This document shows, one piece after another, positions 27,601 through 42,600 of a DNA stretch of 64,000 nt. Source of the stretch: Lytechinus pictus (taxonomy: Eukaryota); assembly GCF_037042905.1 (NCBI RefSeq), contig NC_087251.1:28460001-28524000 (forward strand). The letters are read 5' to 3'. The position numbers were made by a program, and so were the translations under genes. The notes under the pieces are model-generated. The model saw nothing but the letters and a program-made list of their open reading frames with translations. It was not told the origin of the DNA and searched no databases. Numbering within the stretch: the first letter of the stretch is position 1; every line of letters begins with the position of its first letter.

Positions 27601-30600
27601 CTACAATCATTGACTCTAGTTTATACCAGCATGGCCAATGATGTACCATCTTTTATATCCTCAGACTTAGAAAAGACATTCCAGAAAGCAGAGAAAGCAG
27701 CTATGTCTAGGTTTGAGTTGATGTCTGACAGCTTGACTAAGGTCAAGGAATTAGAACATCGGATTAAACAGATGAAGACATGGCTGGATGAACAACAGCC
27801 AATCGTTAGTCAGCCAATCAATCTCCAATGTCCACTTGACGATATCCACAAGCAGATCTCTCAACACAAGGTAATATGGATATCACAGTTCTTTTCAATT
27901 ATCCATTGTGATATGGTAATAGTTTACTATTGAGGAACAATCATCTATGGGTCCATTTGGTTATACTGCCCTCCGCTGCCCAGTCGGTGGGGGTTTACTA
28001 ACTTTTAAGCACCACTGTATTTGATGTTTTTGTTTTCAAAATGTATAATTAGCTCTTTCCACTGTTTAGAATTATTATTGTATAATTTTATGTTTGCTAA
28101 TTCTATGTTGGTAAAGCGCATTCAGTGTCCTTTCGGGTCTGAAATGTGCTATCAAACAAATTTGAAAAAATGATTAATGAATCTGTGAAACTTCTAAGGC
28201 TTGTGATATCTTAACATGTTGCTTATGATGTTTATTTTATAAATATAGACATTCAATGAAAATAGATGATTTTTGTCAAATATCTCAACTCTGAACTGAA
28301 CTATTACTTTTCATGATTCCAGAATGTGAATGATAGCTCCGTTTCCCAGAAGCCTCTACTACTGACTCTCATTGCCGATGGGGAGAACTTAGCACAGAAA
28401 ATGGGAGAGGATGACAAGGATCAGATCACTCAAAATGTTGAAGATATTCAAGCCTTATTCAATAGGTAAGACTGTGGATTCACTAAGGAGTTCTTTGTTT
28501 TATGTTAGGATTTTGATATATGAAAATACATGATTCTGTTTACAAATATGACATTTTCAGTTGTAGAATTTCAATTGTAGTCTCTTGCAAATATTCATCA
28601 AACAGTAAACAATATAAGGTTTCAGAATCAAAATTTTCAAATGTAAAAGTTACAGAATTAATGAAAGCAGTATGGTTGTAACTGAAGAAAGAATTGAACA
28701 ATGTTATAAAAACTGTTCATCATAATTATGTTGATCATTGTCAAACAGGACTGTGGATTCTACTGGTGAGAAGTTTGCTAGATTAACCAAGGCTTACAAT
28801 GACAGACTGGCCTTTGAGGCTGATCTTAGTCAATGTGACACACAGTTCCAGGATCTGAAATCTTCCATAGATCAGCTTGATCAACCCATAGGACTCTCGT
28901 CAGTTGATGCCTCTCATCGGATCTCTACATGCAAGGTAAGCCTTTAGAGTTACTAGGGTGCTCATTGCTAGGATAATGCTCAGGGAATGGAGGATGTACA
29001 TACCCTGCATACAGGCAAGGTAGGGTGTGAAAGTCACTGTTATTGCCTAAGCCTCTAGAGTAACTTGATTGCTTGTTGCTTAAATACACCCTGCAGTGGA
29101 GAACGTGTATACACTGTATACGGACAAGCCAGAATATGACGATCATGGCTAGGGCTTAAATTAGTCCCAAGGTCACCAAGGCCATGGCTTTGGATGCCCT
29201 ATTGATTTGTGTCAATACCCCTCTTTTGGACTCGGGTTATTTGAAATCTTATTTACTGAGTAACTATGGAAGTGATTCGTAAAGCGTATTTTTCGTGTGT
29301 TATTTATCAGTTAATGCTAAATGATCAATACTTAACATCCCCCCCTTTCCTGGGCCTGGCTGGTCTCTGTCCTCATGTCCCCTTTTTTGTCCCTTTTGTA
29401 CATAAATGTGTCCCTCTTCTCTCCCCTCCTCTCTCTTAAGTTATCATATTATATTATATTGCCATTTCTTTGTTGTTTATCCAATGTTCTTTGAATTCGT
29501 AATGAGGAACCTTAATTTACAAGCATTGCTTCACTTAGGTCTCCTCGTCTTCCTTTAAAATTATTTCTTTTCTGTCTTAAGCTGTATAATGTGTTTAAAA
29601 ACAATGTTTTCTGCATACTCTGTTTTATATATACCTGTATGTTTTATCATGTACTCTGCTCATTGTTTCATACACACTTATATGTTTGTCATGTATTCAA
29701 ACTCAAAGTTGGAAGACAAATAAAATGAATTTATGAACTTATGTGCCCTATATAAATATTTCCACACTACATTAACTTGTGTTTTCGATTGCATTGGGTT
29801 CAGATCCCACCGCTGACACCAGTATGGCACAAAACATTTCAGTGGAAGTTGATTTGGCAATTAAGAGGAGAATCATTCAAGGAAACATCCCAATGAGACA
29901 AAGCATGCAGAGCAGGGTATGAATGGTCTAACAAAAGTGGAGATTGAGCTCTTGTGCCTGTATAAACTATTAGATATCAATATCAAGTGTAGAGAAATTG
30001 AAAAATGTCTTTTTATCCATCACTTACAGGATCTGCAAGCAAGACTTGACAACCTGCAAGCCCCTCTTACCCAACTCAATGATGGATGTGATCTTCTAAC
30101 GAGAGAAGGTCAGGTGTCTCATGTCAAAGACATTGCCAGACTGGACCAACTCAATGAAGAACTCAAGAAGGCCCTAGAGACCCAAACCAAACGTTTGTCA
30201 GATGCCCAGGATGCTAGGAAAGGGTATGAAGATGGCGTGACCAAGATACAGGAATGCTTGGAGCATTATCAGAATGAAGGGCCTGCTATTGAACAACCTG
30301 GGCTGGATACAGAGACCAAACTTCACAAATGCAAGGTATTTCAGATTAATGAAATGTTTTGCCAATTAATATTTCATGTATACCAAAACATTACCTCAAC
30401 ATCTCTGGCAACGTTTAGAAAATTATTTTTTTTAATTATCATTTTATCTTGATGTATGGACATGCTGTGCAATCTTGTTCCCAAGTTAATGAGATAATAA
30501 AAAAGCTTATTTGCAAAATACAAAATGATCTTTAAAATATTATTTAGGGGTGAAGAGATGATACTGGAGTGTTTTATTTGAGGATTCAACAGTACTTAAT

Positions 30601-33600
30601 ATAATCAATCACTTAATGGAGCTCATTGAAATTGTGATCCTTTCCAACATTTGATGTCTGGGCTAGCAATAAAATTGACCTGCTTCCAACTTGTAATAGT
30701 AGTAGCTACTTGGATTTGAAAAAAAAACGTAATGACCCTGACTTGGTAGCTGATTTCACAGCTGGTTTCATTTGATATGAACTTTTCTCACCAGATTGCT
30801 CTTGAAGAAATTATTTGCCTTGAAGAAGTAACGACTTTGCTCCCAGAGCAGTGCCAAGCTGTATGTCAAACAGCCAACCAACCTGACCAGAGAACAGTGA
30901 CCTCAACTGTCCACAAAATGACCTCTGACCTCAAGGCAGCTAAGGTCAACCTGGAGCAGAGGCAGAAGTCACTGGAAGGCAAACTCAGTGACAAGGAGGC
31001 TTTGAAGGAGAATCTGGACAGATGTTTGAAGGAGCTGGAAGACTGGAGCCAAGAGGTGAAGGAGCCAGTTATCTTTGAACTAGAGGTGGAGCCAGTTAAA
31101 CAGGCATTCACCAGACATCAGGTAAAAATACTTGTAATGATCCAAAGGAACTTTTTCAAATACATAAACAGGAATATAGGAGAATTCCTTTGCAAACTGA
31201 ATATCACTTAAGGAATCCATAACATGATCATATTTTTTACATTATTTTCTTGTAAAGAAACATTTGGACCTTTAAACTCAAGTACATTGTCTTCAGTTAC
31301 TTTACTGATTATCCACTGTTATGTCTATTTGTAAAATGGAAGATTTAGAAGTAAAATATGTTGACAAAAAACCCAAACCGTGGTTTGTACCATTCAGATT
31401 ATTATGACATCTCATTGAAATGATACAAACATGTCATGTGTGATCAAGTTACCAGAGCTTAGCCTACCCACTGGCTATGAACATTGAGTTATCCCTGTAG
31501 CTAGGAGTCATAAAAAACCCAAGATAATTCTGTATGTAATGGATTAAGTAAAAAAAAACTGTGTGTTAAAGCCCCAAAGATCATTCATGTCCTCAAAGTA
31601 GTGATCATTTTCATTTATTGATATAGTAACATTGTCATTACCTCATTGTGAATTTTCATGCAATACAGACCAACCAGCCTAAGATGAACCACACTCTAGA
31701 GCAGGCCCAAACTCTCATCATCTCTGCCAATGCCAAGTTTGCTGATCTGGGAGAACCCATCACTCCGAAACTCCAGGATCAGCTACAGACCTTGGACACC
31801 CTTCACCTTGACCTTCTGCAGGCTTCTAGGAATAAGGGAACCAACCTGGCTGAGGCCGTCAGCCTGAGAGAAGAGTTCCAAGGTCAAAGAGGAGAGGTTG
31901 AGGAGTGGCTGAATGAAGGAGAGGGGATGCTGGAAGAGGCTGAAAGTGGGATCAACTATCCTCAAGGAGAGCAGGATCTGCATCAGCACAGGGTATGTTT
32001 ATGGTTGATGTTGTGTCATTACAGATTAGAGTAAAGAACTTGCGGCAGTTTATTGACAAGACATAATATTAGTTTACTCTCATATCATAATCAAACCTGA
32101 GTCTGTTGACAGGGATGTAAATTTCACCCTGCACAAGGTCTGTTCGAAACTACAGCTGATATTGTTGCAGATATGAACAAAGAGTGTTTTGCAGACTTGA
32201 AGAGAAATTAACCACTTTACTTTCATTTCAGAATCCAACCAAGCGTGTTATGTCTTTGGTAATAATTTTTCTTCAAAAATGTTTAGAGATAGATGTATGT
32301 AGTTGCATTAATGCATGGTCAAAAATTAGATAACAAACTTTGTAGAATTGAACTACCTGAATTTAACCCTGCAATTTACAACTTACTTGATAGCAGTTCT
32401 GACACTTTGCTACATTTGTCTCACTTATATATTTTGTCTTAAAGCAATTCTTCTCACGGGAGCCAGTATACCAGAACAAACTTGACGACCTGGTAGATCT
32501 TGCTGATCGCCTGTCTCCATCGCTGACCCATGCTCTACGAGAAAAGGTGGAAGCTGATTTGAACAACCTCAAATCGAGGCTCTCATCCTTGGATCTTGCA
32601 GCTAGGGAGCATGAGGAAAAGCTGCGCAAATACCTTGGAGAATGGCAGGATCTAGTAGACGGAGCTAATGATGTGGAGAAGGCTTTGGATGGCATAAAGG
32701 ATAGATCAGTGTATGGAGCTCCTACCAGTCTGCCTCAAGCACAGGATAATAAACAACTCAATAAAGTAAGATTATGGTAGTTGAAATTAGTATTATTTGA
32801 ATGGAAGGTTCTTATAGTTCTGTGTGCTATTACTATATCAGTATGACAAACGGCAAGGTAGAATAGCCTCTGCATAGAATAAATATGTGATATCTAGCAA
32901 ACTATGTAAACTGTTTTAGGTGAAGAAGTGTTTCTCTGTCAGGTTGAATTGTAAAATTTGGTCTTGGGATCCATGCACTTGGTAAAATATTTCCTCCAAT
33001 TGTTGTTTTGTTGTGTTGGTATCTTTGTCCAAAGAGTGTGTTTAAGAGCTTATTACTCCTGTTAAAAAAATCAGAATTACAATGAATATGATAGCCTATT
33101 CAATCCTTTTGATCACTTATCATTTTTTTCTATTTTTTAGGAGATTGAGAACATTCTACAGTCTCAAGAGACCCAGCTGAAACTCCTGCGTTCCTACTCC
33201 CAACCAATCCTCAAGGAAGGGAACCCTGCTGGTCAAGAGGCTGTAACCTCCTTGATACAGTCCCTGGAGGACCTCTTCAACTCCCTACAGCAACAGGTAG
33301 AGAGTGACAGGACTAGAGTGGAGGACCAGGAACAGGTCTGGATAGACTACAATGACAGGAGACAAGAACTGCTAGAGGCGCTAGGTCAGGCAGAGGATGC
33401 AATGCCTGTGTCAATCTCACTTGGAGCTGATATCAATGATCTTCAAGGAAAACTTGCATCGGTGAAGGTATGTATCTTGGCTATTGTTCAATGATTGTTT
33501 TGATAAATTGTGTGATGACAACCACTTGTGATACTTTGTATTTGGTGACTGGATACAATTTATTAATTCAATACCTTTAGCTGGACATGATCATCTATCG

Positions 33601-36600
33601 CAATGTATATACTTTTTTTTATTCATTCAGGCTGCCAAGGAGATTTTAGATAATGCCGAGCCTCTGCCACCAAGAGTAAGAGATGCGTCTATCAAGTTAG
33701 TTGAGCATATGGCAACTCAGCCTGATGAAACCCACCCAGTCAGCAAAGATATGCAGGAATCTCTGGATAGATACCACAGGTAAACTAAACAATCTTCAAA
33801 TTTGTAATTTTCTTACGCAAAAATCTGTGCTGCATCTTTTAACAGGAATCCCACTACAAAGACATAGCAGCTTTCCCTGTATTCTTCATTACATTGTCTC
33901 TGATGGAATGTGGGTATTGGTTATGAAAAGCCGCTTGCACTTGCAGGATTGCTGCAGAAAAGATGTGGCTTCGACTTTAGGCAAGGTGTATTAGTATAGA
34001 TACAACAGGTGCACAGCAGATTTCCATAACCGGCATTGTTTTGTCTATCTAAAAAATGAAAGATTAGAGTGCAAATCCATAAGATGTGTACATTCAACCC
34101 CCTACTGTGTATGTCTCCACTTGTGCGTCATATGAAAAAGTGTTATGCTCTCAAATTATCATCGCTTGGGTAATTTATGAAGTAAAGTAATGTGGAGAAC
34201 AATAGGGGTAGCATGTTGATAAGCTGATAATCTTATGGAACTCCTATCGAATAGAAATGCACCTGACTCATTGCATAATCCATTGAAAGTGCTTTTGTTT
34301 TTTCTTTGGAAGCCACCCCCCTCCCCTTTGTAGCCACCATAGTTTATAGTGTGCTCTGAAATCAAATTCGCCTATATTAACAAAATGTTGAAACATTTTG
34401 ATTTGTCAGGTTACATGACTCTGCAACTCAACTTGAAGAAAACATTGAGAAGGAGCTGTCTGAGAGGGCAGCATTCGAAACGGAGACTGAGGAAGCGTTA
34501 GCTGATCTTATACAAGGCAAAGAAACCCTGGAGGAACAGACTGCTAGTATTGGTCCTCTTGTTTCAGATGCAGAAGATAGAATTATGACACTTGAAGTAA
34601 GATTTGCTCTTCTCTATTTAAAAATGACTTCTTGTGCTGGAACTAATTTTAAATGACTTGGTTTGTGAGGATGAAAATTACTTTTATTTGGATCACTTTG
34701 CTGTTTATCTGAGTTTAGTAAATTGACTAAACAGGAAATATATGTGAGAGATATGTGTTTAAATAACTATTTTTTTACCAGGAAATAATGAATACTCCAA
34801 AGACCTTCATTACACATCTAAAACATTTTATAAAGTAAAGTACTTGGAATCATTAGAACTTAGATGCATTTTTAAAGTCATATCATTACTACAACATGTA
34901 TTTCCAGGTTTATCATTTACAATATTATGATTTTCCTAGTCTTTATTTGTCGACAACTTGTTATTCATTTACTTCAGGTTGTGAAATCAGAACTCCAGCC
35001 AAAACTGGCACATATTGACGAGCTGTGTAACACACAACATCAAAAGTACAATGACCTTCACTCAGTACCTCCATCTAGCATATCTGAGAAACTTGAAGAC
35101 CTTCAATCACAGAAGGCAGAGATGAACAGTAAACTAGACTCCACCATCCAGGAGTTGAATGAGGCTGAGAAGATCAGACGTCTATTCCAGCAACAGACAT
35201 TTGATGTGGAGGAGGTCATAGAAAGAGCTAAGGAACTGTTGAACAAACCTATCTCGGATGTTCCCAATGCCAAAAAGGAACATGAGGTAATTGCTCTCTC
35301 TTGTGTGTTTTTTTTTCACTGTTAGTGGTTTGTCTTGTATAAGTAAGTGTTTTACATTTATCCCTATTTTTTTCAGTTTGAATCTTGGATAAGTTTATAA
35401 TATAAACTTATATCATGTAATGCAATATGTGAGGTCGTATGTGTTTGATATTATGACCATGAATTAAATCTTTGGGCTTAATCTCTGTATCGGTTTCCAT
35501 TTAATCTTTGTCTAGACCTGTGTTATAAGGCCCTTAATAGTTGAAAGTAGTTGTTGCCAAAATTTAGACACAGAATACCTTGATAGATGATAAAGGGTAT
35601 TGCTATTTCTTTGGATGATTTTGTTAACTTACGAAATATATTTCTTGGTCTATCACCAATGACAGGATTTAAAGGAGTCTTTGAAGTCAGCTCAGTTAGT
35701 GATGCACTCTGTCCAGAACATTGCCCAGCAACTGACTGACCAGACCAACAAACCAGATGAACGTCGAGCTGTCATCGCTACCATTACATCCCTTCAGACC
35801 AATCTAGCAGAGGTCACCCACACAACTGACCAGATGACCGATGAACTGACCAAAGCTATCGAGCCATGGAAACAACACCTGAGTGCCAAGGAAGCTGTGG
35901 AAAGGTGGCTTGATCAAGGGGTTGATACAGTGAAGCCTACCTTGAATCTTGGTAGTATGCCCACAGTCCTGCGTCAACTACAGGAACACAGGGTCAGTGA
36001 AGCCACATTTTTCTTTCCTCTACCATATTTTAGATATTGTTTTAAAAGATGTATCGAGCTAGTTCATTGTAGTTAGCAGAGAAATTATTAGCTTAGTATA
36101 TGTTGCATTCTAATGATTTGTGATAAAATGCCTATACAAGAAAGAAGGAGCCACCTTTTGACTATGATATTTGTCGTTTAAAAACATATATTTCAATTTT
36201 GTAAATTTCTGTATTGGAATTGAAACAATATGTCTGAAAGTGCTTTTTTCTGCAGTGACATCAGAACAAAAATTCCAAATTATATCTTTAATTAATAATT
36301 ATTATCTGAAATTATTAGATTTCATTATTAATTTTTACAAACTTAGGCCTTACTAGAAGATGTGCCATACACAGTGGAAAATGTAGAAGCCTTGATGTCA
36401 TCAAGTCCTATTCTCGCCAGAGTTCTGAAGGACCCCACTCACCAGGCCAAAGCCGATGACCTGAAGAAACACTTCCAGGATATGATTGACACTGCCCAGG
36501 AACGCAAGGAAACACTGGAGGATGAGACAAGGAGATGGCAGAACTACCAGGGTGGTCTCATGGATCTGTTCCACAGGATTGCGGATGCCAAGGATATGAT

Positions 36601-39600
36601 GCTCTCACCAGACATGGAGCAAATGACGCTCAATCAACAGCTAGAAAATCAGAAGGTATTGCAACAGAAACTTACTAGGGGTCCATTTCATTTAAGAGTT
36701 ATAACTATGGTAACTTTGCCATTATGGAAACTTTGCTTCCGAAGACGACCACAACATCACTTTGATTGTAACAGGACTTGGCAGCCTATCAAAATCAAGA
36801 TTTCCCTTGTAGTTACAATAATGGCAGTTACCTTAGTTGTACTCTTCATGAAACGGGCACAAGGAGGAGAGCAGGATGGTGCTTTAATCATGTGATGACA
36901 AAAAGGAGGAAAAAGAAGAAATAAATGTAGAGAAGGGATGGCTTGATCATGTAACAAAGCAGTGCATATTTTTTTTATAAAAAGAAATACATTAATTCAC
37001 CTTTGGCTCATTTTGCCTCTTCACTCTAATGAAATACCCTGCTGACTCTTCTACAGGAAATGTTTCATAAATGTCTTGTCAGTGATTTTCCTGGACCAAT
37101 TTGCTCTCTGTCAATCAGATGTAAGGATTTCAATGGCTTTTAATGGTTTTCATTGAAAGTCATTGGGAAGACACACTATGAAATAATCCTGAGAAATTCC
37201 AGATAAATTCCATTTTTAAGATGTCAGTTTACTATTTCATTTCTAAATGATAGGAGGTTCTTGAGAAGTTAGAATCTGCCAGCAAGCGTCTAGCTGACCT
37301 GAACGATACCCACACACTCCTGGCCCCTAACTCATCCGATCAAACAAATGAGCTTGATGGTGATGAGGATGAGGATGATGACACCGAGAAGGAGATCAAA
37401 GATCCTCAGTTGTTAAGCTTACAGGAAAATATCTCCAGGATCAAGGATGTTGCTGTACAGCACGGTGAAGTCCTACAGAAATCTCTTGTGCAACAGGTCA
37501 GTGGTCCTCTACCTCTTTAAGATGAAAAGAAAATGAAATCAATCTCATATATCTGGCTCTAAATATTCAGGATCTACAGTTAATCTAAATGCGGGTAGAA
37601 GTATCTATGATGAATCAATTGATTACTCCATTGATTTGTCTTTGAATGGGGAGTTTCCGCTGTCTTCCATAGTGAATACTATTGTATGAAAGTTGGCAGT
37701 TCTGCATAATGTGTACTGTTATAGATTGACTGTTTGGCCCTAATTTATAAAGGAGGTTTAAACCTCATCCTAGCTCTTTTAAGCATGTGCACACACTGAA
37801 TATGATCAAATTGATTTTCTGTAAAGCCACATATCGATGGTATGCACTCATTCACATTCACTTTAATGCACTTTATGAGTATTGATGTTCTGTACCCTTT
37901 CAGGTTTAATATGAATTGGGACCTTTTTGATTATATCAAAATGTACATATAGAAAGGATTTGTTTTCCCGTCCTTTTGCAGGAAGCGTATGAGAAGCAGT
38001 TGGAAGTACTAGAAGTTAAGTTGCAGACAGCACAAGATGCAATGGCTTCACCGGTAGAACCTACAAGCATGGAACAACTCAAAAAACAAATAGCACAACA
38101 TAAGGTACATCTTGTATTTTGCTACTAGCAAAATTAACCATTTATGTTTGGTACCTGAGCACGTTGCAGATATCCTGATATGCAATCTGACATTAGTTCG
38201 ACTTTTGCACTTCACACTTGATAGATACTGCCATTCCATTTTTATTGGACAGAATATATATTGTGAAAAGTAGATTCAAGTGGTGGATATACTTCCTTTT
38301 TTCATATGAATTAGGTATTGGTGGATTAAATAATTCTCAAGGGATTTTGAATTTGAACATCACAGCAAATACAAACGAGATATTAATTGCGTTTAAATTG
38401 ATCTGATGTTGCCATTGTTGGAAAATATGTCTAAAACAAATATCTCACGCTTATTATTTTCAATTTTCATTTGTTTCAGGAACTTGCAGTGGAAATTCAA
38501 GGATATGAAGATGAGATTCAGGCCATCAATAACAAGACCCAAGAGCTCCAGGAGGAAGCAGCTAAGAGGACAGACTTCAGGCAGACATATCTTTCCACCC
38601 TCACCCCTCCTGGACCACCTATGGTCGCAACTCCAGAGTTTGGTGTTGGTGCTCGTTTAGTGAGGAGAGGTTCACCTATAAGAACTCCATGGAGATCATT
38701 TTCTCCAGAACCTATGCAGACTTCATCACCAGAATCAAAGAGGCCTCATGGTGATCTTGACCTCACTGAAGAGCAGCCTCCAGAGAAAAGGGTTCTTTTT
38801 TATGACGATCCTTCATTAGCAGAAGTACATTATGAATGCCCCAGAGATGAAGTTGACAGTTCACTGGTACCTCCCTCAATGTCAGGTAAAGACAGCAAAA
38901 TGTCAACAGAAGATATGTCAGAGTCACCTAAACAACCTTCAAAGAGATCTTTTGATGATAGCGAACATGAACAGTCACCTAAAATACTTGCCACATCTAC
39001 ACCTAGACCAGGTTCTGCTGACAAACATTTGGATGATTCAGATCCTGAAAAGACTATCTCGTCCAAAGGGTCATCAGACCCTTCTAAACAGGTACCATTT
39101 CAAATTATCACTGACAGGGGGCCTGCATTTGTTCTTCGCCCGGCAGGCTCCAGTTCCATAATTGGACAACCCGGAGAGGATGGAGATGCACCCGGTGGAG
39201 GTGATCATCAAACCCAATATGTCATACAGCAAGCCACACCATATCTTTCTCCTGTTGTTGTTCAGAGGGTGCCCATTACAGAAAGTATTTCACCAATGAT
39301 GGTCATTGATCCAAAAACAGGCAAGACCATGGAGGCTGTACCAACTGACAATGTGGATGATATAGAGAATAAAATAACAGCTTATATGGTTGACCCTGAA
39401 ACAAAAGAATTGGAAATACTTGATCCTGAAAATAAAGTAGCAGTTGTGGCAAAACCTTGTGAAAGTCCAGAGAACGTTCCTTTAGATGAAGTTGTTGTTC
39501 CATTAAAAGTCAAACCTGTAGAATTGGCTCCAGATTTGATGAAGAGTTTTCATACCTCTGGGCCTTATGATCTTGATAGGTACAAGGACCTTGAAGGTAC

Positions 39601-42600
39601 TGATGGTGACAAAGGACAAGCTTCTGTTCAGAGACTGAAAGAGGAAGGTGATGTTGATGGAGGAACAATAGCTGATAGTGCTCATGGAAGTAAAACACTT
39701 CATGTAGGCTTACCTACCAGAGCCCCAACAAAAGACATGATATTGTCACTACCTTCTGATAAAGGACCAGCTGATGTTCGGATTCCTACAGAGCGTGATG
39801 ATACAGATAGTGCTAAAGTATTTGACAATATTGAGAGTGCCAAAGAACCAGCTAACATTCAAAGTGTTAAGAAGGGTTATCAGCCTAGTCTGAACATCGG
39901 GCAACAAGAGGAACAAGATATATCTAAAGAGCCTTCAAGGGACTTACCAGTTACTCAGACATATAGTGGGGAGCAGCCATTGCTCCCATATATGGATGAT
40001 ATGGATGCAGAAATATCCGAATTAGGAAAAAGTAGTAAGAAACCAGTTACTGATCTGCACCAATTGGTAACCACCAAAGGACCTGCATATGAATTGCGAC
40101 CTCTTGACTCAGACTCTAAACCTTCAAATCGTGGAACAGATGGTCTCTCATTTGGAGCCTCTTCAGCAGACCCTGTACCTAAACAGTACACTGTCTCAAA
40201 GACGACTCACTTTGATGGTGTTCCTGAAGTGGTTGGTCATGCTCCTGTGCTCAAGGACCAACGTCCTACACTAATCAAAGACCCATCATCAGACCAGATC
40301 TTAGAAGCTGTTCCTATAGTTGATCCTAATGATTTGAAGAATAAGGTCACCGCATATGTACAGTCTGATCCACAAACAAACACCTTAGAAATTATTGATC
40401 CTCAGCAGGGGCAATCTTATGTGGCCAATGCTGTAGATCCTGAGCAGTTTGATGACAGCACTTCACATTTGACCATGTTGGATGAAGATAAACCAGCTCT
40501 TCAGCTTGAAACAAATAAAGGGCTTGCATATGTATTACATCCACTGAATGAGGAAAAATCACCCATGAAAGACATCTATCCTGCAGGAAAGAAACCTGAA
40601 CAGAAGAATGCTGAATTCACCATTGTTGATGAAGCAAGACCAGCAAATACTGTTCTTGTTACAGGTTCAAGAACATCACCTGGCATCAAGCCAATAGAGA
40701 TCATTGATGAAGTTTCAGGGCAGAAATTTGTTGCAGAACCTGCTACTAATGTTAATGATCTGATGAGCAAGCCCGCACTTTACCTGCCAAAGACAGCATA
40801 TAAGGTCAAATCGGTGGTGATATCTCATCCTGAGACAAAAACAGAAATAGTTGCAATTCCAGCATCAGACCAAAGTGAGAACGACCAACCATCAAATCTT
40901 GGAAGTAGTAATCTTCTTGGTCCAGAAAGAGACCAAACATTCATGAATATTCCTAGTGCTATCACCTTAAAATCAATGAATGTTCCTGTTGTAGATCATC
41001 AATTTGGCCATCCTGATCCAATCAGTAAAGCATCAGCAGTTGTAAGAGAACCCATTACTCATCAAATTGTAACTGATCATGGGCCAGCATATACCCTCAG
41101 GCCTCTTACTGCCGTTGGTGGCCCAGCAGCAGGTGATGATGATCCAGATGTGGATTTTGTCCTAGCCAGCCAAGGACAAACAGATGAACCTCCTGTTGTC
41201 ACTGGGGAACAAGAGCTTGATTCGCTGATTCAACCAATACATATTAAAGATCCAGAATCTGGCCAAGTTATGGTTGCTGAACCCATGACAGATATGAATA
41301 ACCTCAGTGGAGTGCTTGCTGTGATTGATAGTCTTGATGGTAACCCTCAAATGACCATCTATAATCCTACAACAAAGAAGTCTGGTGTAGCACTGCCAAC
41401 AGAGCAATATTGCCCTCCTTCACCAGGAGTGACCCCTTACTTCAAGGAGGATTCAGATTTGACTCCTGATGAATTGGTAACAAAACCAGTTAGCGAAGTT
41501 GGCGAAGTTCTACAACAAAAACCTGTTACTTCAGGACAACAGATTCCAGCACAAGATGTGAATAAGCCTGTGAGGATTGATGATGCCAGAGGCAATATAC
41601 AGGACGGTGACAGCAGCGATGAATCTCCCCATGAAAGAAAAGATTCTGGATGTCCCTTGTTTTCACTGTGTCCTGTTGAATCAACTCCTAAATTAGATTA
41701 TAGGTTAGAGCCATCTCCTGGTGCAATTAATGTTAATGAGAAACATTCAACTGAACATCCTCTTTCATATCTTCATGATGGTTCTGATAAATTTGAAGAA
41801 TTATTGGGTAAGCCTGCTTCCAATCAGGTTTTGACATCGCTCGGACCTGCATACTTCTTGACCCCAGTTGAATCATGTGGAGACAGCAAATTGCAGTCTA
41901 AAGATAATGACAGTGTACCTCTCCTTGTTACAGATCCAAAGCCACTGAACACCCTTCCAGTGGTTGTTGGATGTGAACCATTTCAAAATGGAGGTTTCTT
42001 TGTTGAGGATCCAGTGTCTAAGAATACATTCAAAGCAGAGCCAGTTCACAGCCTAGATGTTTTACATAGTAAACCAACTGTCTTTGTAGATGATCCAAGT
42101 AAACCCGTTCAGATCCATTTTCCAGATGCATCGGTTATACCACCAAATACAAATGCTGATGAAGATGGAGTAAAGAAACTTCAGTCAGATAATTTCCTCA
42201 CTCCATCTCAAACTCCTTCAGGAAAGTCACTTCAACCTGAGTGGGTAAATCAAGACAATGCAGGGCCAGGCAGAGAAGAAAGGGACACACTTTGTCAAAC
42301 AGAACTGGACCATTCCATGCTAGTAGAAGACATGGATAGTGTATTGACTATTGACAGTGGAGCTGATGAGGCAGATAGAGCTCTTGTTCCTCAACCATCA
42401 AAGAAAAACATTCTACCAGGGAAGGTCAAGCATCAACTCATCACTGATATTGGTCCTGCCTTTATCCTTGTTCCTGAAGACAAGTTAGGAAATGGGGGAG
42501 ATGGGGGTGGAGGATCCTCCACTCCTGATGAGTACATATTAGCCACATCTTCAGACCCAGCAAATAAGCCATCAGTGATCGGTTCAAAGCCATTTTCACA

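Noticed and set aside
29330..29735. Possible LINE (CR1/L2) 3' UTR remnant with a gaggaacct...aggtctcctc hairpin
   Set aside because: Too degenerate to support without a repeat library.
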